Positions 13,834-26,221 of a stretch of DNA of 64,000 nucleotides are shown piece after piece. Positions within the stretch are counted from its first letter, which is position 1. Each line of letters opens with the position of its first letter. A program made the translations under genes and the position numbers. The notes under the pieces are model-generated. The model had not been told where the DNA came from and ran no database searches. It saw only the letters and a program-made list of their open reading frames with translations. Source of the DNA: Dictyostelium discoideum (lineage: Eukaryota); contig CM000152.2 in the NCBI GenBank assembly GCA_000004695.1, positions 2,912,001 to 2,976,000 on the forward strand, written 5' to 3'.

Positions 13834-15308
13834 TGGATTTGAAGAATTTGAATTTGAATTTATATTATTATTATGAAAATTTAAAATATCTTTTTCATAT
13901 TTTTGACATAATTGTGTTGTTAATAATGGTTCTGGTAAAGTTTTTAAATAACGTTTTATTATATCAGCAGCATCGTATGGTTCATATTTATTAATTGGGA
14001 AAATTTCATTTGAATCTAATCTTTTTTCTAAATCATCACATCTTGCCATTGAACCTGATAGCCTAAATAAACCTTCAGCTTTTGAATTTTCACCACGTAA
14101 ATAATTTACAAGTTTTCTAAAAAATAATGGTGCAGGTGATCCAATATTATCCTTTCTTCTCATGCTTTCTGCAATATCCACTCTAAAATTACCAGGTTCA
14201 ATAATCGCACCACTACTTTTACCCCATGAATAAACTGATAAAACATTTCTACCTTCTAATTGATAAACATTATTAAATTGTAATGTTGATTTCTTTGTAG
14301 TAGTGGTGGTGTTGGTGGTGGGGGTAGTAGTACCACTACTTGAATTTATATTTGGTGAACTATTAACATCCAATTTATGTGATAATTGATTATCTTCACT
14401 ATTACCCCAACTAAATATTTCACCCTTTTCTGATAAAACTAAAATGTGACTTGTTGAAGCTGAAATTTGTTTGATTTTATTTGGAAAATTAATGAATTTA
14501 TCATCACCTATTCTACAAACTTGTTCGTTTGAACCCCAAACACAAACATTGCCAACACCTGATCTAGCGGCGATATAGTTTTTGGTGCATGATAACTCTA
14601 CGATATCACGACCTAGAAATGGTTTGACGGGTATAGAGATGATTTCATCGCTATTGTTTGAACAAATTTGTCTACTCTTATTATAACCCCACACAAACAC
14701 TTCATTACCTTCGACAATGGCTGCTGTAAACTCTTCGCCGCAACAGACTGATATCGCTTTACTGCCCAATGTGACACGACGTGGCGCATTGGTGATCGAG
14801 TCTCCCACGACCCCCAACTGGCCCTTACGGTTGGTGCCCCATGTATAAACGGATCGTTTCTCTGGTGTAGTAGGCGAGTCGGCTACAACCGCACAATGAT
14901 TAATACCAATCGATACACATGTCACACCTTTCAATAGGTCGACCTTGGTTGGCGACTCTGTGCATTTGCCACCCTCAATTAGTGTGCCCCATACATAGAG
15001 TAGCCCATTCTCCATTATTGCCGCTGAGAAATTACCACCACATGATATGGATTTCACTCTTTGATTTGGTATCACTTGAATTTTAATGGGTTTGTCAATA
15101 CTTGTTATCGCTTTATTACTAGATAATTGATGATGTCTATTATCTCCCCATCCATATAATTCTCCTGTCTCTGTTAATGCTAAACTATGGTTATATCCAT
15201 TATCCATAAAACATATATTTGGTATTAAGGGATTAAATGTTGGTTTACCACTAAATTTATCACCCCAACAATATAATACACCTTGTGGTAATGAAATATT
15301 TTCTTGAG
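11710..15308 (-). CDS. RCC1-repeat plus RhoGAP domain protein, long and low-complexity. Main exon shown; a short 5' exon near 15466..15478 is possible
   Basis: The N-terminus has several RCC1-like blades of the form GxxYxWGxN...G. A RhoGAP core follows: FRKLVNYLRGENSKAEGLFRLSGSMARCDDLEKRLD...DAADIIKRYLKTLPEPLLT. The frame stays open upstream of the track M as far as an acceptor near 15308. An ATGACAAAAAG/gtaaga at 15478 may be exon 1. Confidence 0.75.
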
Positions 15309-15348
15309 ATTCTAAAATAAAATTAAATAATAAAATAAATATTCAAAT

Positions 15349-15393
15349 TTGGTGTGTGATGGGGTGGAGTGTGGGGTGGAGAATGTGGGGGTA
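15349..15393. promoter_or_regulatory. G-rich island ggtgtgtgatggggtggagtgtggggtggagaatgtggggg in the 5' region or first intron of the RCC1-RhoGAP gene
   Basis: About 45 nt at more than 60 percent G in an otherwise A+T context. Confidence 0.2.
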
Positions 15394-16069
15394 AATAAAA
15401 AAAAATATATTAATAAAAATTTTAAAATATATATATTTTTTAATATTTAAATATAAAATTCTTACTTTTTGTCATTATTGTTTTTTTATTTTATTTATTT
15501 ATTTATTTATTTATAAAACTATAATGTTAAATTCAAAAAAAAAAAAAAAAAAAAGATAAACTAATGTTATTTAAAATAATTTTTTTTTTTTTTTTTTTTC
15601 TTTTTTTTTTTGTTTTTTTGTTTTTTTTTTTTTTTTTTTTTGTTTTGATGGTTTATATTTTGTTTTTTATTTTTTATTGATTTAAGTAAAACATAATTTG
15701 TTTACAAAAGTTGATTTAGGTTTGTTGGGTTTTTTTGTTTTTTGGAATTGAAAAAAAAAAAAAAAAAAAAAAAAAAATAATAAAAAAAAAAAATATTGAA
15801 AAAAAAAAAAAAAAAAATTGAAAAAAATTAAAATAAAAAAAAAAAAAAAAAAAAAAAAGATAACGATAGTTTGTTATTTGATGGGATACTACAAAATAAT
15901 ATGAGGTGATTTTATTTGTGCAACCAAAATAATAAATTGTATGAAAATAAAAAAATATAAATATAAATATAATAATAATATTATTATTTTAATAATTCGA
16001 TCCAATATCAAGAAATTAAGAGTGTATCATACATAATTAAAAGCCTGTAAATAATGGTGTGGTGGTTGG

Positions 16070-16105
<36 letters not shown>

Positions 16106-16610
16106 AAAATAAATAATTAGTGTTGGTGTTTGATTTCGTTGATAAAAATAGATTAATTAATTAATTTAAAAATAGAATTAATAAAAAAAAAAATAAAAAA
16201 AATAAAATAAAAAAAATAAAAAAAAAAAATCAGAAACTGGGGAAAGTTTATTAAAACATAACTTTGATATTAAAGTAAAATATAATTATAACTGATCTAC
16301 ACCCCACTTTTATTTTTTTTTAATATTTTTTAATATTTTTTTTTTTTTGTCTTTTTTTCTAGATATTATTATCATAAAATCATATCACAATAAATAATTT
16401 TCACCCAAAAGAAAAAAAAAAAAAAAAAAATAACAACAAGCAACAATTTATTCAAAAAGCAAGAATCACCTATATTACCCTTCCTAATAGTTTTATAGAT
16501 AGTTTTAATAAAATTGTTTACCAGATTTTTTTTAGAGAATATTAAAAAATAAAATTTTTTTTTTTTATTTTATTTTTTTTTATATCTTTTAATTTAATTT
16601 TTTTATTTTA

Positions 16611-16745
16611 TATTATATTATTTTATATTATATTATATTATATTATATTATATTATATTATATTATATTATATTATATTATATTATATTATATTATATTA
16701 TATTATATTATATTATATTATATTATATTATATTATATTATATTG
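16611..16745. repeat. (TATTA)n pentanucleotide array, about 27 copies
   Basis: Direct reading; period 5. Confidence 0.9.
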
Positions 16746-16829
16746 TATTTTTTTTTATTTATTTTTTTTTTTCCAAATAACCTACTTTTTTTTATTTATT
16801 TTTTTTTTCCAGATTATCTACTTTTTTTT

Positions 16830-17120
16830 TTTTTTTTAAAAGTCAACATCAATTTATCAAAAATACCTTTAGAATAATCAACAACACAATCTCCAATTGT
16901 TGGCTAACATTTTTCTAATTGACACAATAGCCCAAAACCAAGAATTCCTATTGTAATTTTAGGTAGACATTTCAATGGAATATTAGTACAACCAATTTCT
17001 TTACCGCATTTATCAATTGTACATAAATTATTATAATCACAGGTAATATCACCAATACACTGATTTAAATTTTTAATATTATCATCATTAATTCCTAAAT
17101 TAATATTATAAATTTATTTA
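16830..17120 (-). pseudogene. Fragment from the 3' end of a Psi-like PA14/Dicty_CTDC gene, carrying an in-frame stop
   Basis: Reverse strand reads NLCTIDKCGKEIGCTNIPLKCLPKITIGILGFGLLCQLEKC, then TAG, then PTIGDCVVDYS. It is about 90 percent identical to 20161..20320. Confidence 0.55.
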
Positions 17121-17297
17121 ATAATTTTTTTATTTTTTTTATTTTTTTTAATTTTAAAAAATTCACTATATCCATAATTTGATTCTTCACTATATTTTTT
17201 TTTTTAAAAAAATTATTAAAACTATTATAAAAAATAACTTCATTTTAAAAATAAGATTAATAAAACAATTAATATACTTAATAATAATAAAAAAAAA

Positions 17298-17355
<58 letters not shown>

Positions 17356-17650
17356 TCCCATATTAATTTTACTCCACCCCAAATAATTGTCAATAATGTT
17401 TATATTACTTTGACCCACCAAACCCACCACCAACAACACCACCACCACTCAAAATTACAACATAGTTTTTGTTATTTGGTTATTTTATTGGAATATTAAA
17501 TTTCCGTTTATTTTAATTTTCAAAATCAATTTTTTTTTTTTTTTTTTCAAATAATTAAAATTAAATAGATTAATAAAAAATAAAAATAATGTAAGTTCAC
17601 AATTTTTTTATTAATTATTACTATCATTTATTTTTTATTTTTATTTTTTT

Positions 17651-17840
17651 AGATTTTATTTGTAATGATATACTAAATGATCAAGAAAACCACCAGAGTA
17701 ATCAATAACACAATCTCCACTAGTTGGCTCACATTTTTCTAATTGACAAATAAATCCAAGATCTAATAAACCAATAGTTTTCTTTGGAGGACATTTTCTA
17801 GTTGAAAGAAAAAAAAGTTTACACTTTCCAGTGGATTAAA
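17651..17840 (-). pseudogene. Truncated 3'-terminal fragment (about 190 bp) of a gene-B-like Psi copy
   Basis: Near-identical to the last roughly 190 bp of the 20544.. exon, diverging after ccagtggatt. Confidence 0.55.
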
Positions 17841-18051
17841 TTGTAAAGCACTAAAATGTGTAAATGATAATAAAAATAAAAATAAAAATAATAATAAAAA
17901 TAAAAATAAAAATAAAAATAAAAATAATAATAATAATAATAATTAATAAAAAAAATGAAAGTTCAAAATTTTTTGGAATTGTATATTTTTTTAAAAAATA
18001 TTTAATTATTATTATTTATTGTGAAGTAAATTAATTTGAAAAAAATATTTT

Positions 18052-19684
18052 TTAGCAAAGTAAAATTTCTAAAAGTCCTTTTAAAAAATCAGGAACGCAA
18101 TTACCAGAATATGGTTCACATTTTTCATTTTGACAAATAATACCAATTCCTAATAAATCAATAGCTTTCTTTGGTGGACATTTTATTTCTGGTAATGGTT
18201 CACATTTTCCATTTTTAACGTTACAAGAATTTGGTTTACATTTATTTGAATTATCACATTCTATCGGGGTATGTGTACAATAATTGTTAATTTTTGAACC
18301 TGCTGGAGTTTTATTTGATGGGAATGCGCAAGCATCAATTGTACATGGATTATTATCATTACAATCTATTTCAGGTACACATTGTGGTGGTGTTGTTGGT
18401 GGTTCTGTTGGTGGTTTTGTTGGTGGTTCTGTTGGTGGTCTTTTTGGTGGTTCTGTTGGTGGTTCTGTTGGTGATTCTGTTGGTGGTCTTGTTGGTGGTT
18501 CTGTTGGTGGTCTTGTTGGTGGTTCTGTTGGTGGTGGTCTTGTTGGTGGTTCTGTTGGTGGTGGTCTTGTTGGTGGTTCTGTTGGTGGTGGCCTTGTTGG
18601 TGGTCTTGTTGGTGGTCTTGTTGGTGGTCTTGTTGGTGGTTTTGTTGGTGGTTTTGTTGGTGGTTTTGTTGGTGGTCTTGTTGGTGGTGGACAAACATCA
18701 TCATTAACCCCTGGAATATTATCTTTTTTTTTTTTTTTTTTCAAATTAATCAATATTTTAAAATTTTAAATTTTCATAACAGAAATTCCATTTTTGGAAA
18801 AAAATAATACATACTGCATTGAAATACAAATGGTGTATCAAATTGGAGATAAACAAATGGTTTATTTTGATCAAATCTTTGGCACATAAAGAAATCAAAT
18901 GGATAAGTTTTGCCAACTTCAAGATTTAAGTTTTTATGATTAACTGCGGAATCAGGATTACTAGTACCTGCAAATTCAAATGCCAATTTACCATCGATAA
19001 ATACTGATAAATCACCTCCTGCATACAATGAAAAGAAATCAGATGTTTTTTTACTTACTTGATATTTGAATTTATAATGTCCTTCAATGCACCCTATAAT
19101 TATTAATATAAAAAAAAAAAAAAAAAAAAATATTAATAATTAATATTTTTTAAATATTATTTTTGATAAAAGCTTACAATATCTATTCTCACCAGATACA
19201 CCTTCATTCCAACCTTTTCCATTAATTGGAGTAAATGGTTTTAGAGTAACAGCATATTTAACTTTTCCATTTGAATAATGGACTGGATTAAAAGTGAATG
19301 TATTGATTACAGTTTTTGATATTCCAGGTTTTCCCATAAAAGATTGATCATATTCTTTTTGGTTGGAAATAAAATTAAATTTTCTATTTCCACAACTATC
19401 AAATTAAAAAAAAAAAAAAAATTAAAAATTAACAATAATTATTATTATTATTAAATAATTATTACATACCAATATTCAGGTTTATGAGTTTTTGGATTTA
19501 ATAGTTTTTTAACTAAACCAGTTGATTTGATTGATTTATCATTTGAATATTTAGTATAGTTGATATTAAATCCAGGTTGCGATGGCAAAAAGTCATAAAC
19601 TTTATATGGAACATTGAATTTTTGGGAAAAGGACGAACATATAAATAAACTTAAAAATAAAATTAAAATTAAAACTTTTTTCAT
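18052..19684 (-). CDS. Secreted PA14-domain plus Dicty_CTDC cysteine-repeat protein with a long PTxPPT linker (Psi-factor-like copy A). Exons 19470..19684, 19178..19395, 18815..19093, 18052..18722
   Basis: Signal peptide MKKVLILILFLSLFICSSFSQ. PA14-like exons ...NPVHYSNGKVKYAVTLKPFTPINGKGWNEGVSGENRYC and YAGGDLSVFIDGKLAFEFAGTSNPDS...FDFFMCQRFD. Last exon NPCTIDAC...CDNSNKCKPNSCNVKNGKCEP has CTDC-type Cys spacing. Donors GTATGT, GTAAGC, GTATGT. Confidence 0.75.
18387..18688. repeat. 12-bp tandem coding repeat (ggtggtcttgtt / ggtggttctgtt), about 25 units, encoding the (PTxPPT)n linker of copy A
   Basis: The repeat is visible directly in the sequence. It translates as PTRPPTKPPTEPPT on the minus strand, so it is a coding repeat, not a CRISPR array. 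Confidence 0.9.
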
Positions 19685-20160
19685 TTTTTTAGGTTTAATT
19701 TGTAGGAAAGTGAAAAAAAAAATTTTCTTTTTTTTTTTTTTTTTTTTTATTCCCTTTTTTTTTTTTTTTTTTTTAATTACATTTTTTTTTTTTTTTTTTT
19801 TTGGTAGTGTTTACAAATACTAAACTTTTCTTCTATTCTTTTTAGATTTAAACCCAGTTAAAATATATTTTTTAAATTGGAAAAAAAATTTAGTATTCTC
19901 ATTATTATAATTATAATTGTATGAATAAATATTATAACTGTTATCAACTAATAATAGGTTAGATTTTTTTTTTTTTTTTTTTCTTAAAAAAAAAAAAGTA
20001 TTAATAGTTAATTTGAGAATAATTAATAAACAAACATAATTATTACTAAAAACTAAAAAAACTTCCTGATTTCAAATTAAAAAAACTCTTAAAATCTGTT
20101 TATTCAAGATTCTTTTATTAAAAAATTAATTTTTTAATTTTATTTTTTTAATAAGTCCAA

Positions 20161-20320
20161 AACCAAGAATTCCTATTTTAATTTAAGATAGACATTTCAA
20201 TGGAATATTAGTACAACCAATTTCTTTATCACATTTATCAATTGTACATAAATTATTTCATCACAAGTAATATCATAAATACACATTAAATTTTTAATAT
20301 TATCATTATTTACTAAATAA
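20161..20320 (-). pseudogene. Decayed 3' fragment of a Psi-like gene, paralogous to 16830..17120
   Basis: Same CTIDKC/NDNIKNL-encoding sequence, with frame breaks. Confidence 0.5.
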
Positions 20321-20543
20321 TATTAAAAAATTAAAACTGTTATAAAAAATAAAATTAATAAAACAATTAATGCAGTGTATAGGAAAATAATAATAATAAT
20401 AATATCACAAAATATTTTTTTACTCCACCCCCCAAATAATTGCCAATAATATTTATTTTTCTTTAACCCACCACCACTCAAAATTACAACATAATTTTTG
20501 TATATTATTTCTAACAAACAAGTTTTTTTTTTTTTTTTAGGTT

Positions 20544-22232
20544 TTATTTGTCATGACATACTAAATGATCAAGAAAACCACCAGAGTAATCAATAACACA
20601 ATCTCCACTAGTCGGCTCACATTTTTCTAATTGACAAATAAATCCAAGACCTAATAAACCAATAGTTTTCTTTGGAGGACACTTTCTAGTTGAAAAGAGT
20701 TTACACTTTCCAGTGGATTTATCACATCCAACAGATTTACATAAATCTGGATCATTACATAAAACTGGTGAATGTGTACAACCAATTTCTATATCACATT
20801 TATCAATTGTACAAGGATTAAAATCATCACATGAAATTGGTTCAGTTTTACAAATTCCATCACTTTTATCACATCCTAATGATTTAGTACATTTATTATC
20901 GGGTGGGCAAATAGTATAGTTATTAGTACACCCAATATTTGGATAACATTTATCAATTGTACCTAGATTACCATCATCACATGAAATTGGTTCAGTTTTA
21001 CAAATTCCATCAATTTGATCACATCCTAATGATTTAAAACATTTATTTTTATTATCAACATCATTATTAGAACATTTAATTGGAGTATGTGTACAATATT
21101 CAGTAACATTTGCATTTTTTGGCAATTTAGATAAATCAGATGGACAAGAATCAATTGTACATAAATTATTATCATTACAAGTTGTCATATTGTTACAATC
21201 TGGTAATAGTGGTGGTGGTGGTGGACAAACATCATCATTAACTCCTGGAATATTATCTTTTTTTTTTTTATAAAAAAAAAAAAAACAATTAAAATTAAAA
21301 TAAAAAAATAAAATAAATATTTTTTTAAAAATAATATTTATAATAATAATACATACTACATTCAAAAACAAATGGTGTTTTAAAAAGAGCATATTTATAT
21401 GGTTTATATTCATCAAATCTTTGACATGAAAAGAAATCAAATGTATATGTTTCACCATTTGTTAAATTTAAACATTTATGATCTATACTTATTTCAGGAT
21501 CACTTATACCTGAAAATTCCAATACCAATTTACCATCAATAAATACTGAATATTCACCACCAATATAAAAAGAAAAATAATCAGATGTTTTTTTCTTTTT
21601 TATATTATATTTGAATTTATAATGACCTTCCATACACCCTTTTTAAGTATGTAAAAAATAAAAATAAATAAATAATATAATTTAAAAATGATATATTGTT
21701 AAAATTAATATCATTACTTACAAAATAGGTTATTTTCTTGTTCACCTTCATTCCAACCCTTTCCATTAATCGGGTAAAATGGATTAATAAAGATTTGATA
21801 AAGAACAATTCCGTTTTCATAGTAAGTGGGATAAAATTTAAATTGGTCAATAATATTCTTTGTTGAATCTTCATTTGAAATGAATGATTGATCATAAACA
21901 TTTTGATTATCAATAAATTTAAATTTACAATCTTCACAACTAAAACTATTTAAATAATTTAGTGTTTTTTATAAAATAATAAAAATAAAATAAATAAAAA
22001 ATTAATACACAAACACACTTACCAATATTCAGGTTTATTAAAAAAAGGATTTAAATTTTGTTTAACTAAACCATAATTTCCTATTGAATTTGATGAACAT
22101 TGAGTATAGTTAATATTAAATCCAGGTTGAGAAGATTTTAAAATCATATACCTTATATGGAGCAAAAAAAGATGTTTCACAATAACAATTTTTTAATATA
22201 GTTAAAATTACTACAATTAAACTGATTTTCAT
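20544..22232 (-). CDS. Secreted PA14-domain plus multi-Dicty_CTDC-repeat protein (Psi-factor-like copy B). Four exons, roughly 22020..22232, 21700..21940, 21350..21630, 20544..21262
   Basis: Signal peptide MKISLIVVILTILKNCYC. PA14 exons ...YYENGIVLYQIFINPFYPINGKGWNEGEQ and EGHYKFKYNIKKKKTSDYFSFYIGGEYSVFIDGKLVLEF. The 304-aa last exon carries more than five CxxxxCTIDKC-type repeats. Exon ends are approximate. Confidence 0.7.
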
Positions 22233-22620
22233 TTTAATTAATATTTTAAAATAATATAATAATTAATTTACTTAAATAATTATTTTATCCATTTATTTTT
22301 TTTTCTTTTTTTTTTTTTTTTTAATAAAATTAAGAAAGAATAAATTGTAAAAGATTAATTTATTGTAATTTTAATCATCATATTTAATTTTTTAAAAATA
22401 CTTAATTATGTAATATTTAATAAAAAGAAGTTGTAATTTTTTTAAAATCGGAAATATACCACACTAAAATGTGTGAATAATAATAATTATAATTAATTTT
22501 ATAAAATGAAAGTTCACAATTTTTCCAATTGTTTGTTTTTTCTATTTTAAAAAACTATTAAATTATTATTTTTTATTATTGGTTGTAAAGTAAATGATTA
22601 AATAAAAAAATAAATTAATT

Positions 22621-23932
22621 TCAACAAAGTAATTTATCTAAAAGTCCTTTAGAAGAATCAGGAATGCAATTACCAGAAGATGGTTCACACATTTCAGGCT
22701 GACAACCAACACCAATTCCTAATAAATCAATTGTTTTCTTTGGTGGACATTTTATTTCTGGTAATTGTTCGCATTTTCCATTTTTAACATTACAAGAATT
22801 TGGTTTACATTTATTTGAATTATCGCATTCTATCAGAGTATGTGTACAATAACTCTCAAAACTTGAACCTACAGGAATTTGAAATGATGGGGTGGACAGG
22901 TATCAATTGTACATAGATTATTACCATTACAATCTTTTTCAGGTACGCATTGTGGTGGACAAACATCATCATTAACCCCTGGAATATTATCTTTTTTTTT
23001 TTATTTTTTTTCAAATTAATCAATATTTTATAATTTTTCTTAGTATTTTTTTTTGAAAAAAATAATAATACTTACTGCATTGAAATACAAATGGTGTATC
23101 AAATTGGAGATAAACAAATGGTTTATTTTGATCAAATCTTTGGCACATAAAGAAATCAAATGGATAGGTTTTGCCAACTTCAAGATTTAAGTTTTTATGA
23201 TTTACTGCGGAATCAGGATTACCAGTACCTGCAAATTCAAATGCCAATTTACCATCGATAAATGCTGATATATCACCTCCTGCACACAATGAAAAGAAAT
23301 AAGAAGTTTTTTTACTCACTTGATATTTGAATTTATAATGTCCTTCAATGCACCCTATAATTATTAATATAAAAAAAAAAAAAAATAAAAAAAAAAAAAA
23401 AATATTAATAATTAATATTTTTTAAATATTATTTTTGATAAAAGCTTACAATATCTATTCTCACCAGATACACCTTCATTCCAACGTTTTCCTTTAATTG
23501 GAGTAAATGGTTTTAGAGTAACAACATATTTAACTTTTCCATTTGAATAATGGACTGGATTAAAAGTGAATGTATTGATTACATCTTTTGATAATCCAGG
23601 AGTTCTAATAAACGATTGATCATATTTTTCTTCATTGGAAATAAAATTAAATTTTTCATTTGCACAACTATTAACATTGGAAAAAAAATTAATAATTAAA
23701 TAATTATTACATACCAATATTCAGGTTTATGAGTGTTTGGATTTAATAATTTTTTAACTAAACCAGTTGATTTGATTGATTTATCATTTGAGTATTTAGT
23801 ATAGTTGATATTAAATCCAGGTTGCGATGGTAAAAGTCATAAACTTTATATGGAACATAGAATTTTTGGGAAAAGCACGAACCTATAAATAAACTTAAAA
23901 ATATAAATAAATTTTTTTTCATTTTTTTAGTT
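22621..23932 (-). pseudogene. Pseudogene copy (A') of Psi-like gene A, with at least two 1-nt frameshifts and no PTxPPT linker
   Basis: It is nearly identical to copy A exon by exon. In the signal-peptide exon gatggtaaaagtcataaac replaces gatggcaaaaagtcataaac, a 1-nt loss. In the last exon ...CTIDTCPPHHFKFL then TAG replaces ...CTIDACAFPSNKTPAGSKIN, another 1-nt loss. No long ORF survives over 22630..23000. Confidence 0.6.
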
Positions 23933-24199
23933 TTTGTTTGATTTTTTAGGAAATTTAAATTGATTCTTTTTTTTTTATTTTTTTTTTTAAGATTTTTTTT
24001 TTTTTTATTTTTTTTTTTATAATTTTTTTTTTTTACTTTTTTTTATTTTAAAAAAAAACAACCCAAATACTAGACAGTTTAGATTTATATCCAGTTAAAA
24101 ATTATTTTTAATATTTGAAAAATATTTTAGTATTGTCATTATTATAATTATTATTTTAAATTGGGAATAAATTTTTAATATTGTTATTAATGAGATTGG

Positions 24200-24233
<34 letters not shown>

Positions 24234-25405
24234 AATATTTAATAATAATTAGATTTAGAATTATAAATAAAAAAAATAATTACTAAAAATAAATTAAGAA
24301 AAAAAATAAATAAATTAATAAAACTATTTTTATCAAATTCTCAATTTTTTGAAACATTTGGATGAATTTTAAAATAAAAAAAAAAAAAAACACTGAAATC
24401 AAAATTTTTTTTTTTCTGTTAGGCCCGTAATTAGTTCACTATTAAAATCTGTTTACCCAAGATTTTTTATTTTGAAATTATTTTTTAAAAAAAAAAAAAA
24501 AAGAAAAAAAAAAAAAAATTAAAGTAAAAAAGTGTGAGTGATGTTAAAATAAACACACACACACATTAACTCACAAAAACAACACACCCCATCTAAAAAT
24601 AAATTTTTTGAAATTAATAATAATTTATTTTTATTTTATTTTTAATTATTATTATTATTATTATTTTTTTTTTTTTTTTTTTTAAGTGTTGTATAAAACA
24701 AAATTTTATTTTATAATTTTTCAAAAAATTAATTTACAATTATAATTTTATACTTGGTTGTAAAAAAAAAAATTACATTCTCACATATACTCACTCACAC
24801 AACACCTAAATAAAATAATTAACTTTATCCCATCATATTCGAAATTATTATCTCTCTTTCCTTCAAACTACACACCCTCTGTTTTTTTTATTTAATTTAT
24901 TTTAATTTTATTTTATTTTATTTAATTTATTTTATTTTATTTTATTTTTTCATTCAATTAAAATAATTTTCAATCTATTAGAGTTCAAATAATTTTATTT
25001 TTTAATTAATAAAACTATTCATAATTTTTTTTTTTTTTTTTTTTTTTTATGCTATTTAAATATTAAAATTTCAATTTTTTTAATAATATAAATATAGACA
25101 AATACCACTCACATTTGATTAAAAATTAAAAAAATAAAAATAATATATTAGATAGGTTTAAATAATCATTCTCATAATAAATTTCATTTTTTTTAAAAAA
25201 TTATAAATCAATTTAATTATTTTAAATTATTTAAATCATAAAAAAAAAAAAATAAAAAAAAAAATATATTATTTATTTATTTATTTTTTCATTTATTTAT
25301 TTATTTATTCATTTCCCTCTTTTAAACAATTTATTTATAAAAACTATATTAAAATTATATTAAATTAAATTTTTAATAAAAAAAAAAAAAAAAAAGAAAT
25401 AAAAA

Positions 25406-25941
25406 ATGAAAATTGGTTTTAATGTATTTAAAAAATCACAAAAGGTAAAATTAAAAAAAAAAAAATTTATTTGAATTAAAAATTATTATAAAAAAAAAAA
25501 AAAAATAAAAAAAAAAAAAAATTTAAAATTTAAAAATTAATTAATTTTTTAAAAAAATAATAATAAAATTAAAAACCTATAGAGATCTGATCAAGCTCAT
25601 CTTTGTGCATTATCAGAGAGTAGATTTAAAGTTGATCAATTTCTAAATTCAAATACATTTTCAAAAGGTAAAACATTACAACCAAGAATATTAGCAATTT
25701 GTGAAGATTCAATTAAAATTATAGCAGGTGATGAATCTGATATTATTGAAGAAATTGGTTGGTTACAAATTCAACAATTCAATCTTAAAGATAGTTGGAC
25801 AGAATGGGAAATTATTTTAAAAGATAAAAGAAAGTTCTTTTTCAAAAGTGATCGTTGTTTTGATATTCACATGGCTACTGATCATATTTTAGATGGTTTA
25901 ATTTGTTTAAATAAAACAAATGATTTTAAAAATATTGAATA
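25406..25941 (+). CDS. Small two-exon hypothetical protein, about 133 aa. Exons 25406..25444 and 25582..25941. Not in the ORF track
   Basis: ATGAAAATTGGTTTTAATGTATTTAAAAAATCACAAAAG runs into a gtaaaatt donor. A cctatag acceptor at 25581 opens a 120-codon frame that contains no ATG, ending in TAA: RSDQAHLCALSESRFKVDQF...WTEWEIILKDKRKFFFKSD...NIE. Its G+C content is higher than the flanking DNA. Confidence 0.45.
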
Positions 25942-26221
25942 ATATAAATAATAATTATTAAAAAAAAAAAAAAATCAAACCCAAATGTATATAGAAAGAA
26001 ACAAACAAAAAAATATTGTAAATAACCAAATCCAAAAAAAAAACAAACTTTTATTTTATATTTTTTTTTTTATTGTAAATCCAATATAAAGAAAAAAAAA
26101 AAAAAAAAAAAAAAAAAATTATTTGAATAAAAATAAAATAAAAAACATATTTATTTATAAAAAATTAATTTAAAAAATAACTTTTTTTTTTTTTTTCAAT
26201 AATTATAAATTATTATTATTT

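Noticed and set aside
15466-15478. Candidate tiny first exon ATGACAAAAAG/gtaaga for the RCC1-RhoGAP gene
   Set aside because: I could not make the phase agree cleanly with the acceptor at about 15308. It is left as a possibility, not a feature.
18284-18769. Four overlapping track ORFs on both strands (18284..18769+, 18294..18707+, 18366..18704-, 18371..18694-), and a CRISPR-like regular repeat
   Set aside because: All are alternative-frame translations of the 12-bp (PTxPPT)n coding minisatellite of Psi-like copy A. The true frame is the 18052..18753 minus ORF. The repeats are contiguous with no unique spacers, and the genome is eukaryotic, so this is not a CRISPR array.
21617-21937. Track ORF 21617..21937 (-), MKIVNLNLLIIKMFM...
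   Set aside because: Wrong frame over the PA14 exon of Psi-like copy B. The correct frame gives ...YYENGIVLYQIFINPFYPINGKGWNEGEQ.
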